The position numbers were made by a program, and so were the translations under genes. The notes beneath the pieces were generated by a model. It worked only from the letters and a program-made list of their open reading frames with translations, did no database searches and had not been told where the DNA came from. This document shows positions 11,780-23,519 of a stretch of 64,000 bases of DNA, in pieces. Numbering within the stretch: position 1 is the first letter of the stretch; the number at the start of each line of letters is the position of its first letter. Source of the DNA: Chiloscyllium plagiosum (lineage: Eukaryota); the NCBI RefSeq assembly GCF_004010195.1, contig NC_057719.1, positions 95,193,672 through 95,257,671 on the forward strand, written 5' to 3'.

Positions 11780-14110
11780 TGTAACCACTTAAACAATTTG
11801 TTCAAGTATAGTAGATGTTCTTCTAGGTTTGGCTAAACATAGTCAAATCCTTCTTTGGCCTTGTTGGTTCAGTGTGCAAACTTTGCGGATGCATTTTTAA
11901 AATTCTATTGATAAAATCAATCTGGTGTTACAAAGCGCATTTTTCTTTGGCCTGTTCGGTCATTGGAACTTGCCGATATCTTTCTAACAAGTCAATTTTT
12001 GTAATAAATCATGATTGTCTAATGCTCTCAATGTAATCCTATGATGGAGTTGGATTTGAGTCCACTTTTTTTACCACATTCACTTTGTGATAATTAAGAG
12101 ACAGTCTTTGAGATGTGTCCGATTTCAGCACAAGAGAATTCTACCCACAATGATTTGATTCAACAATGTCATTTCCAACTTGACATTAATCTTTTCTGCT
12201 ACTTGAGCCATCCTCTCTAGGTTTAGTTTGTCAGCATATTTTATTAGTAATGTGTCCCGTACTTTAACACCATGTTCAGCATAAGAAGTTTTTCCTGACC
12301 TATTTATGCATATCGATTTATGAGTCTGTAATAGCTTGTTAAAGTCACTCAGATAGTTTTCTGTGTGATTGAATTTCGTCTATCTAACTTTGTGAGCAAG
12401 TCTGATTACAGAAGGTTATCTTTTGGATTTTCAATTCCTTGATTCATTCCTGTAAAATTCTGATATTTTTATTTCACTATATCTTTCAGTACCCTAAGAG
12501 CACGTCTGTTCTGGTTATCTTCCCTACCAAAGCATCTCTTCAATAAGTAAGCATGGCACACTTGCTTATTTTTATTCTTGTCTGGAGTACTCATAATTTA
12601 CAGCATAGAGTTTATTTTTGATTGGATAAGGTTTAGTGAACCTTACTTTTGTTGGCTTCCCAGAGACAAGTAACAGTAATAACACCTTATCTTCAGCAAA
12701 TCAATTCCAAACTTTGGCCTTTTTATTTGCTCTAGTTCCATTGTTTGTTGAATACCTTTCAAGTGCTTTTTGGCAAATTCACACATGTTGCTCCATTTTT
12801 CTCAGAAGCTTGACTCACAGGTTGAAGTTTTCAATGATGAGCTTTGATTCAATTTTTATAAAAGATCAATTTGAGGCTCCCATGTCATGCATGTGTATCA
12901 CTTCAAAAGGACTTGAATCCTGTGGACTCACTAAGGATATCCCTCATGGCAAACAACAGCAAAGAATTGATTTAATCCTAATAATTCAAACATTCTTGAA
13001 AATAAAATTCAATGATGGTGTTTAAAGTTTAGTGCCAACTCTCCAATAATTTTGAGATTGTGGATAATATTCTAGAGATATAACTTGTTTTATTCCAAAC
13101 AATTCATTTCTTTTTGAATAGTTCTAATATAAAATTTGAATTTTGAACTGCTTGCACTTCTTTGGGTAATCTATTCCTTGTAATAAAATTATTACTTTTT
13201 CCATTACCTTTTTGCTGTAATCTGCTCCAAAGGGACTGCCTCAAGACATCTTGTTCAAACTGTTATGATTATTAAAAGGTATGGATTCACAATCCTGGAT
13301 TTATATAGGAGTCCAACACAATCTATGAACTCGCTGCTAAACAGTTCTTTGAAAGCCAGTCAGAATTAAAAGCATAGATTAAATTGATAGTTGGGGCTTC
13401 ACAACTCACTGACATGTATGACATGATTTACAAGATTTCACCACAACTTAATGCAATTCTGACTAATAAAAACAGTTTTATGTGTTTACTAGCATTTCCT
13501 AATATCTAAGTGACCTGACATTGGAATCTCATAAGCCACTTGAAAAATGTTGCTACTATATTTGGGAGGAACTACCACATGGTGGAGTACTGTTTATTCC
13601 TCATTGTCTAGTATTCAGGATGGTCTCCATGTCCTCATTAACACTTTGCCTTTTAAATATAAACACACAACAACGGTTCTCAATTTCTGAGTAGACTGTT
13701 GATAAATCTCTTTCAATTAAGAGTGCACCTGTTCTACTTCTAATAAAGAAGATGGAATAAAATAGCAGTCTCATCGTATCTCTTTTTTTAGTTAAATTTT
13801 CAAAAATAGTTTCAGGTTACTGAATTTCCAAGCTTTCTCCCATTTTTTATAGACTCCTTCTCTTCCCAACTAATGGTATGAGACGAGATCTAATCACAGT
13901 GTAGTCAGGAAACATTCTAGGATGTTCCTATTGGAGCATTTTCAGTTTCTTTTCCTTCCTCTGGTTTGTTCACCACCCTCACTAAGGCCAATATTTTTGA
14001 ACCAACCAGCTCAAGTGAAAATCAGTTTCTTCTATCAGGATTTGTTGGACTACTCCAAGTTTATTTTCTGCATTTACAAGGCCTCTCTATAATCCGAGTC
14101 TATATAATGG
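11780..14110 (-). mobile_element. Decayed Gmr1-like Gypsy pol (integrase upstream of RT)
   Basis: Hand translation of the minus strand gives VVPPKYSSNIFQVAYEIPMSGHLDIRKC and KSCHTCQ (integrase Zn finger, ~13.4-13.6 kb), STPDKNKNKQVCHAYLLKR (integrase C-terminus, ~12.55 kb), then LNYHKVNVVKKVDSNP and FITKIDLL..QVPMTEQAKE (RT, ~11.95-12.1 kb). Confidence 0.8.
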
Positions 14111-14358
14111 GAATAAAAACAGAAATTGCTGGAGAAACTCAATAGGTCTGGCAGCATCTGTGAAGAGAAAGTAGGGTTAACATTTTGGGTCCAGTGGCCC
14201 TTCTTGAACTAGCAGTAGTGAGGAAATGTGTTGCATATATGTTGCGTACATGCTGAAGACAGAGGGTGGGTTTTGGGTTGGGGAGAGGAGCAAGGGTGGT
14301 GGATAAAGGAATTAGCAATAAGTGGCGATGGAGCCCGGAGAGAGGCAGAGAGACAAAA

Positions 14359-14390
<32 letters not shown>

Positions 14391-15433
14391 TTAGACAGAC
14401 AAAGGGATGGACAATGGTGAGCCAGGGAAGGAAAATATGATAACGGGGACTATAAGTTAGTGAGGATGGGTTGATTGTGCTTAAAGCAGCTCATGTGATC
14501 ACAATAGGAACACTCCTGTTTTATGTCCAGTGCCCCATGGAATCATTTCTTTAAAGGATTCAGAAATCAGCAAACTCCTATCCCACTCAGGGCCACCACC
14601 GATGGTAATAACAGACTAGTCAGATCTTCAGGTGAAACGTCCCTCGATAGAAACCTCACTCATATGATTTATTTTTGCATGATTTATTATATTTGTGGTC
14701 AGTTAGTGAACATATTCACACGAGCCTGCCAATGTTATTTTAACAAAATAACGCCAACTTATTCCATAAAAGAAGAAACAAAACAATGTGTATATAACAC
14801 AATTTTGAAAGGTCTCACCATAAACAGCAAACAAAAAAACTCAACTATGTTAGAAATGTAGAAGTGTAGAATATAGTAGCTATCGTGATCATAGCCGATC
14901 ATCCAACTCAATATCCTTTATCTGCTTTCTCCTTACACCTTTTGGTCCAAAGAACTAGATCTACAACTTTCTTGAAAATCTTCAATAGGAATAGGAATAG
15001 GCCATTCAGCCCCTTGAGTCTGTTCCACTATTCAATTAGATCATGGTTAATCCATGGTCTGACTCTATGTAACTGTCTTTGGCCCTTTAATACTTTTGCT
15101 TAACAAAAGATTATTTATCTCAGATTTAAAATTAACAACTGATCCAGCATCAGCTGCCATTTGTTGAAGACATCTTCAAATATCTCCCACCCTTTGTATG
15201 CTTCCTAACATCTCTCCTGAAAGGTCTGGCCCTAACTCTCAGAACTATGCCCCCTCGTTCCAGAATCCCCAACCAGTGGAAACAGTTCCTCTTAATCTAC
15301 GCTGTCTTTTCCAGTTGCTACCTTGAAAACTTTGATCAGATCATCCCTTAACATTCTAAATTCTAGAGAAACAGGCCCAATTTCTTTAACCTCTCCTCAA
15401 ACCTGGACTTAAGTGTTATCATTCTTATGAATT

Positions 15434-15602
15434 TGAAGATGCCGGTGTTGGACTGGGGTGTACAAAGTTAAAAATCACACAACACCAGGTTATAGTCCAA
15501 CAGGTTTAATTGGAAGCACACTAGCTTTCGGAGCGACGCTCCTTCATCAGGTGATAGTGGAGGACTCAATCGTAACACAGCAAAAATTTGCAGTGTGATG
15601 TA
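15434..15602 (+). mobile_element. Family B Penelope-derived short element
   Basis: Perfect 14-bp TSD CATTCTTATGAATT at 15420-15433 and 15603-15616. Confidence 0.9.
15519..15553 (-). ncRNA. Minimal type I hammerhead ribozyme motif (family B, intact core)
   Basis: Minus strand CAC-CUGAUGA-A-GGAGC-GUC-GCUCC-GAAA-GC-UA-GUG: stem I CAC/GUG, perfect 5-bp stem II, palindromic AGCU in place of stem III. Confidence 0.75.
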
Positions 15603-17287
15603 CATTCTTATGAATTCCTTGTAAGACCAACATATCCTTCCCAAGGTGTGGTGCCCAGATCTGCTCACAGTACTCCAGGTGGGCTCTAATCAGAGTTTTG
15701 TAAACCTTGAATGAACTGAATATAAGTTTCCTTTGGTTGTCTGCAGCACATTCTAGCAACATGTGGCAGTCACAGGGACCTTTAGTGAAATACTATGCAG
15801 AAAGTGACTGACTAATTAAGTGGTAGAGGTGGGTACAATTACAACATTCAAAAGATGTTTGGACAGGCACATGGATAGGTACAGTCATATGGAACTAGTT
15901 TAGGAAAATTGGCCAGCATGGATGAGTTGAGCTGAAGGGGCTGTTTCCATGTTGTATGGTTCTATGACTCTGTGACTGCAGCGTAACGGCTGCATCCTGA
16001 TACGCTAGATATAACAGACATCATTCCAAGAGCTTTCCTAATTATTTTTCCAGCAATACCCTTTACTGGCATTCAACCCAGTGGTATGTTATTCCCATCT
16101 TAACTTTTGAATTTCATATTAACCAAAGAAGTTTGTAAGCATTTACTTTTGGTGATCTTCTATATTCATTAGATGTTATTGTCTCTATTATTGTCTCTCT
16201 CCAAGATATGCAGACACTAGCTACTTTCCTGACTTTTCTTAACTGAAGTATCAGAAAAGCCCTGCCCACTTCAATTGCTGAAACAATTTTAGACACCTTT
16301 CAAGCACTAAATGCCCATATAGCTGCAAACTGGACTGCCCTACTGCTGGTAAGAAACTGAAATCTGGTTTGGTCCATTTTTCTGCAGGTACAAAATGTCA
16401 ACTTTGTAAACATTTCATTTATTAACTCCTTGGGGTAGTATGTATCTTGTCATTCAGTTTAAGTGACCTGCCTTCTTGCAAATGATCCTTGAACTCACTG
16501 TTCAAAGATGACCTTCTGATCTTTTAATACATTTAAATTATCTCTACAGAGCCATTTATTTCTGCTTTAAAATCCAAATTTCCAAAATGGTGATAATATG
16601 TTATAAGCCTTTATCACACTGTATACAATATTTAATGGCATATTTTGCTAGGAAGAGCAAGAAGTGGCGATATAAACCAAAGTTGCCAATTCTAAAGTTG
16701 GCGCAGTGAGTGGGAGCCTGTGTGTCTTGGTGCAGGGGTTGCAGTGCTGTTAGGGACATGAGCACAACTTGTTGACATTTGCAGGGCATTTTGACAAAGG
16801 CTGAGACAGGTTCATAGGACCTTGGGTTTTTTAAAGTATGTATAGAGCATCAAATCAAGAAAGTTCTGATAAACATTTGTCAAATGCAGTCTCAGGTAGG
16901 TTGGCAGCAACTGATGCATTATGCCATATTTGTGTCAACCCAACACAGCCTGGTACAGCCCAACATAGCCTGACATACCCTGATACAGCCAGACACAGCC
17001 TAATACAGCTCAATACAGCCTAACACAGCAGACACAGCCCAATACAGCGTGACATAGCCTGATACAGCCAGACACAACATGATGCAGCCAGACACAACAT
17101 GACACAGCCAGATATAGCCCGATACAGCCAAACACAACCTAATACATCCTGATACAGTCTGACACAGCCAGATATAAGGTAATGCAGTCTGACACAGCCT
17201 AACACAGACAGACACAGTCCGATACAGCCAGACACAACTCGAAACAGCCAGACACAGCCCGATATAGGCTGATACAGTCTGATACAG

Positions 17288-17499
17288 GGCTGAAAATGTG
17301 TTGCTGGTAAAGCACAGCAGGTCAGGCAGCATCCAAGGAGCAGGGGAATCGACGTTTCGGGCATAAGCCCTTCATCAGGCTACCTGCTGGACACACTTTC
17401 CTCATTCCTGAAGAAGGGCTTATGCCCGAAACGTCGATTCTCCTGTTCCATGGATGCTGCCTGTCCTGCTGCGCTTTTCCAGCAACACATTTTCAGCTC
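17288..17499. mobile_element. Family A palindromic element with a hammerhead core on each strand
   Basis: Plus core CUGAAGA-A-GGGC-UUAU-GCCC-GAAAC-GUC at 17408-17435; minus core CUGAUGA-A-GGGC-UUAU-GCCC-GAAAC-GUC at 17351-17378; ~90-bp inverted arms. Confidence 0.9.
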
Positions 17500-18504
17500 C
17501 AACCCGATACAGCCTGGTACAGCCCAACATAGCCTGATGCACCCAGACACTGCCTAATACAGCTCGATACAGCCTAACACAGCAGACACACAGCCTGATA
17601 CAGCGTGACGTAGCCTGATACAGCCAGACACAACATGATGCAGCCAGACTCAACATGATACAGCCAGACACAGCCAGATACAGCCCGATACAGTCTGACA
17701 CAACTCAAAACAGCCAGACACAGCCCGATACAGGCTGATACAGTCTGACACAACTCAAAACAGCCAGACACAGCCCGATACAGGCTGATACAGTCTGATA
17801 CAGCCCAATACAGCCTGATACAACCCGATACAGCCCAACACAGCCTCATACAACCTGATACAGCCCAATACAGCCTGATTCAACCCGATACAGTCCAACA
17901 CAGCCTCATACAACCCGATACAGCCTGATACAGTCCAACACAACCTGATACAACCCGATATAACCCAACACAGCCTCATACAACCCAATACAGCCTGACA
18001 CAGCCCATTACAGCCTGATACAACCTGATACAACCCGATATAGCCTAACGCAGCCTGATACAACCCGATATAGCCTGATACAGCCTAACACAGCCTGATG
18101 CAGCCAGACACAGCCTAATACAGCTCGACACAGCCTAACACAGCAGACACAGCCCGATACAGCGTGATGCAGCCCAATACAGCCAGACACAACATGATGC
18201 AGCCAGACACAACATCACACAGCCAGACACAGCCCGATACAGCCTAACACAGCCTAATACAGGCTAATACAGCCTGACACAGCCCGATACAGCCTGATGT
18301 AGCCCGATACAGTCTGATGCAGCCCAACACAGCCCAACACAGCTCGATACAGCCTGACGTAGCCCGATACAGTCTGATGTAGCCCGCCACAGCCCGCCAC
18401 AGCCCGACACAGCCTGACACAGCCTGATACAGCCCGACACAGGCCAGCACAGCCCGACACAGCCCGACATAGCCCGACACAGCCCAACACAGCCTGACAC
18501 AGCC

Positions 18505-19066
18505 ACTTCAGAGCAGAGAGAGCCGGGAGGAGGTGACATTGGTGTGAGGTGATTGTCAGGAAGCCCGGTAAGTATATTTAAACTTCTTACCTTCAGGCTA
18601 GCGAGGGAGGAGCGAGCAAAGGACTTCTGGGAAGGGTAAGTAGAACAGGTTATATTTGCGTGGTTGTGTTACCCGAGACACTACTCGGGTAGTGTCTCCC
18701 ACCCGTCCTCCACCTCTAACCTAAAAAAAACGTCATGGGAGTCAGATTGACAAGGTAAGGTAAATAGTTTATTTCCTATTCCTTTTTTCTAGTAGTCACT
18801 TCGGGAGTTAGAACAGTGGGAATGGAGTGCAAGGCAGTGAAATGTTCCTCCTGCAGAATGTGGGAGGTAAGGATCACCACTAGCGTCCCTGCTGACTACA
18901 TCTGTGGGAAGTGCACCCAACACCAGCTCCTCGAAAACCGCGTTAGGGAACGGGAGCTGGAGATGGCGAACTTCGGATCATTCGGGAGGCAGAGGGGGTT
19001 ATTGACAGCACTTACAGAGAGGTAGTCACTCATCAGATAAAAGAAAAAGACAGATGGGTGACATTG
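18505..19066 (+). mobile_element. CR1 LINE 5' UTR and ORF1 N-terminus (zinc finger/coiled coil), runs into the gap
   Basis: ORF 18816-19025: AVKCSSCRMWEV...YICGKCTQHQLLENRVRERELE, typical of a CR1 ORF1 start. Confidence 0.8.
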
Positions 19067-19566
19067 NNNNNNNNNNNNNNNNNNNNNNNNNNNNNNNNNN
19101 NNNNNNNNNNNNNNNNNNNNNNNNNNNNNNNNNNNNNNNNNNNNNNNNNNNNNNNNNNNNNNNNNNNNNNNNNNNNNNNNNNNNNNNNNNNNNNNNNNNN
19201 NNNNNNNNNNNNNNNNNNNNNNNNNNNNNNNNNNNNNNNNNNNNNNNNNNNNNNNNNNNNNNNNNNNNNNNNNNNNNNNNNNNNNNNNNNNNNNNNNNNN
19301 NNNNNNNNNNNNNNNNNNNNNNNNNNNNNNNNNNNNNNNNNNNNNNNNNNNNNNNNNNNNNNNNNNNNNNNNNNNNNNNNNNNNNNNNNNNNNNNNNNNN
19401 NNNNNNNNNNNNNNNNNNNNNNNNNNNNNNNNNNNNNNNNNNNNNNNNNNNNNNNNNNNNNNNNNNNNNNNNNNNNNNNNNNNNNNNNNNNNNNNNNNNN
19501 NNNNNNNNNNNNNNNNNNNNNNNNNNNNNNNNNNNNNNNNNNNNNNNNNNNNNNNNNNNNNNNNNN
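19067..19566. other. Assembly gap (500 N)
   Basis: Run of N. Confidence 1.
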
Positions 19567-22217
19567 CCCGACACAGTCCGACACAGCGCGACACAGCCCG
19601 ATACAGCCCGACACACCCCGAAACAGCCTGACACAGCCCGATACAGTCCGACACAGCCCGACACAGCCCGACACAGCCCGAAACAGCCCGACATAGCCCG
19701 ACACAGCCCGACACAGCCCGACACAGTCCGATACAGCACGACACAGCCCAATACAGCCCGATACAGCCCGATACAGCCCGATACAGCCCGATACAGGTCT
19801 AACATAGCCCGATGCAGCCCGACACATCCCGATACAGCCCGACATAGCCCGACACAGCCCGACACAGCCCGACACAGTCCGACACAGCCCGACACAGCCC
19901 GACACAGCCCGACACAGCCCGATACAGCCCGATACAGCCCGACACAGCCCGACACAGCCCGACACAGCCCAACATAGCCCGACACAGCCCGACACAGCCC
20001 GACACAGCCCGATACAGCCCGATACAGCCCGACACAGCCCGATACTGCCCGACACAGCCCGACACAGCCCGATACAGCCCGATACAGCACGATACAGGCC
20101 TGACATAGCCGATGCAGCCCGACACAGCCCGACACAGCCCGATACAGCCCGATACAGCCCGACACAGCCCGACACAGCTCGATACAGCCCGACACAGCCC
20201 GACACAGCCCTGACATAGCCCGACATAGCCCGAAACAACCCGACACAGCCCAATACAGCCCGATACAGGCCTGATATAGCCTGATGCAGCCCGACATACC
20301 CCGACACAGCCTGATACAGTCTGATACAGCCAGTCACAGCCTGACACAGCCGATACAGCCCAACACAGCCTGACACAGCCTGACACAGCCCAACACAGCC
20401 TGATACAGTCTGATACAGCCAGACACAGCCTGACACAGCCCGACACAGCCTGATACAGCCTGTCACAGCCCAATACAGTCTGATACAGTCAGACACAGCC
20501 CGACACAGTCTGACACAGCCTGACACAGCTCGATACAGCCCGCCACAGCCTGATACAGTCTGTCACAGCCCGATACAGTCTGATACAGTTTGCCACAGCC
20601 CGACACAGCTGGATACAGCCTGACACAGCCTGACTCAGCCTGACACAGCCTGACATTGCCCGATACAGGCCTGACATAGCCCGACACAGCCTGACACAGC
20701 CCGACACAGCCCGACACAGCCCGATACAGCCTGATACAGGCCTGACATAGCCCGACACAGCCCGTCACAGTCTGATACAGCCAGGCACTGCCCGATACAG
20801 CCCAATACAGCCCGACACAGCCTGACACAGCTCGATACAGACCAACACAGCCCGACACAGCCCAACACAGCCCGACACAGTCCGACACAGCCCGACACAC
20901 CCTGATACAGTCTGATACAGCCCGACACAGCCCGATGCAGCCCGACGGAGCCCAATACAACCCGACACAGCCTGACGCAGCCCAACACAGCCCGACACAG
21001 CCTGACGCAGCCCAACACAGCCCAACACAGCCCGACACAGCCTGGCGCAGCCCAACACAGCCCAACACAGCCCGACACAGCCCAACACAGCCCGACACAG
21101 CCTGACGCAGCCCAACACAGCCCGACACAGCCAGACACAGCTCATTACAGCCTGACACAACCCAACAATGTGATGGAGGCAGATTCAGTGGCTTTCAAAA
21201 GATGATTGAGTAAACACCTGAAAATAAATTAATTACAGGGCTCTAGGGCAGGGGATGGCACTGAGAATAGCCAAATATATCTTTCAGAAAGCTAGCATGG
21301 AGCCATAGTGTGAATGGCCTCCTTTTATGCTGATGTCATTCTTAATTACTGCTTAAAGGCAGCTCCCTAATAGCCTCAGGAGAGTGAACAAACTGCTAGA
21401 CTTTGGAATAAAACAGGAAACTGCGGATGCTAGAAATCTGAAATGAAAATAGAAATTGCTGCAGAAACTTGAATGTGTTCTGATAAAGAGTCACTGGACC
21501 TGAAATGTTGACTCTGTTTTCTCTCGATAGTTGTTGGCAGACTGGCTGAGTTTCTCCTACAATTTCTGTTTGTGCTGGATTTTCGAGATGCTCACCATTC
21601 TAAAGAGTTACGTTCACTACCATGGTCACTTTTACAGATTTTGACCATGTTGTCCTTCCATTACTGTGAGGTTTCAATGAACATCGTAATGAAACAGAAA
21701 CATCATGCGCATTGTTCCTTATGAGGTTGAAATATGAGAATTTCTCATCTCAATCTGTAGATGAATAGCTCTTTGTGCTGAGAATCCTGCTTCTCTCACT
21801 CCCTTGAATTGTCCACTGTATTCATCTTGTGCTGCAGGCCAATATGGATGGTGAATACAGCATCTCTGACCGGAAACAAGCTTTCAACAGTGACATACTT
21901 TTCTTTTAACATGTGTCCTACCACTACTGAATAGCAGAAACTATTCAACTAACTCAGCTATAGATTTTCAAAATCAATCAACTGTTATCTTGAAAGTTAT
22001 TGATGATCATGTTAAATACACCTGGTCTTCATAGCCTTCATGCTGCTGAATGCTGTGGAGCATTGCAAGGTTAAGCTGGGGCATTAGCTGCGGTGCTGAA
22101 GTTGAGAATGTCTCCACTGGTCTCAGTCAGCATTATAGCCTGACTGCCATCACAACCTACTCTCACTGCACACCTCACAATGTCTGCAATAATGACCTTC
22201 TCAATAAAAAACCCACC

Positions 22218-22236
22218 GTGTGTGTGTGTGTGTGTG
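22218..22236. repeat. (TG)n microsatellite
   Basis: Directly visible. Confidence 0.85.
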
Positions 22237-23519
22237 GTGAGGATGTCCTCTTGCTAAAATGACACTTGAAGTATAAAGAAAGGAGTTATACACCCAAACT
22301 TTGCAGCAATGGCATTGAATGTTTACTTCCAAAAGGGATTAGTTGAAGGTCGACTATATTCTTCAGCATGCACAGATTTTAATTTTGTATTAGTTTAAGG
22401 AACATTCATGTATTTTCTGTATCAATAAACATTTGAATTTTGAAACGTATGAGAGAACTGCGGACAAACATCGAAACAAAGTGAAGGGCATTCTGTACTC
22501 ATGGGGAAAATACGATCCTACTTCAGTATTGGTTGACTTTAATTGCAACTTTACATTGGGTGGTTTTGATGTGGTTGAAATATAGTGACCTAATTATGTG
22601 TTAAATGCAGAAAGACAATAAAATACAATTGGTCAATCAAGGGAGAACCAATGCTTGCCAACCAACCACAGAGAAAGTTGATTTTTTAGGTTTTTAGGCA
22701 CAGTGTAGCTTTGTTTGTGAATATACCGGGCTGGGATGTGATTTTGGTTTTGCTAGTTGTTCTCCAGTTAGTGACTTGTTGAAAGTTCTGTGAAAAGGAC
22801 CCCATATGTAAGAAACAAGTAAAAGCCTCCAGAGGTCTGCAGAAGATATTCACATTTTCTCGTGACTTTGGAATTCAAGCAGGATAAACAGTCCTATATG
22901 TGCCCGCAATACAACTTATCCTTCAAGAATTTCATGAAGGCCTGGTATTCATTATCAAAACAGTAATTAAACTGACAAATTATGATCCTTTTACTTTCTT
23001 TATTAATTTATCCCAAAGCTATGCCTGTCTGCATCTATTGTGAATGGATCTTTGTATTCAAAGAAGATTGAGCTTCAAGCATTGATATTAATTAGGTTCC
23101 CTTATTGTTTATCTGTGTTCTCCTATCGTTACATTTGGAATGAAAAAAATGTTAATTTTTATTCAAGTTATAAACTTGGTGTCCAAGACATGTTCTTTAT
23201 AAAGTCCATTTAGGAACAATTGAGCAATTTTGTGGGTCATTGAATGTTTTAGGTTCACCATGTTGCAAATCTAGTGATAGTGAGGCTCACAATTAATTGT
23301 CATAACAGTTATAAAAGTAAGGATATTTTGGTTCAGCTGCACAAAGCATCAGTAAGACCATTTCTGAAATGCAGTGCAGGTTTGGTTTCCTTATTAAAGG
23401 AAGGATATAGATGCATTAGAATCCGTTTGGAGAAGGTTCTCTAAACTGGCGGCTGGGATGTGAGTTATTTTATGAGTAATGGTGAGACAAGGTTGGCCTG
23501 TAACCATTGGAGAGTATCA

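Larger units (their letters stand above)
14860..15720 (-). mobile_element. CR1 LINE 3' fragments interrupted by a family B element
   Basis: ORF 15547-15762: KVYKTLIRAHLEYCEQIWAPHLGKD. Confidence 0.8.
16938..21165. repeat. Tandem satellite of a 10-bp unit, consensus CAGCCYGAYA
   Basis: Hundreds of visible units; interrupted by a family A element, a CR1 5' end and an N gap. Confidence 0.97.

Noticed and set aside
11780..14110. Possible endogenous non-retroviral virus (AT-rich decayed coding sequence)
   Set aside because: Hand translation gives Gypsy integrase and RT motifs
18650..18760. HDV-like or twister ribozyme in the CR1 5' UTR
   Set aside because: I could not build the required pseudoknot pairings or conserved core on either strand; only simple hairpins are supported
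17000..21160. Long Cys/Gly/Arg-rich ORFs (up to 497 aa)
   Set aside because: Translations of the 10-bp satellite and of N runs; they occur in several frames and have no coding signature
16938..21165. CRISPR-like array
   Set aside because: Contiguous tandem units with no unique spacers; eukaryotic context
22540..23307. Possible old solo LTR ending tgtcataaca
   Set aside because: No matching 5' terminus or TSD could be identified
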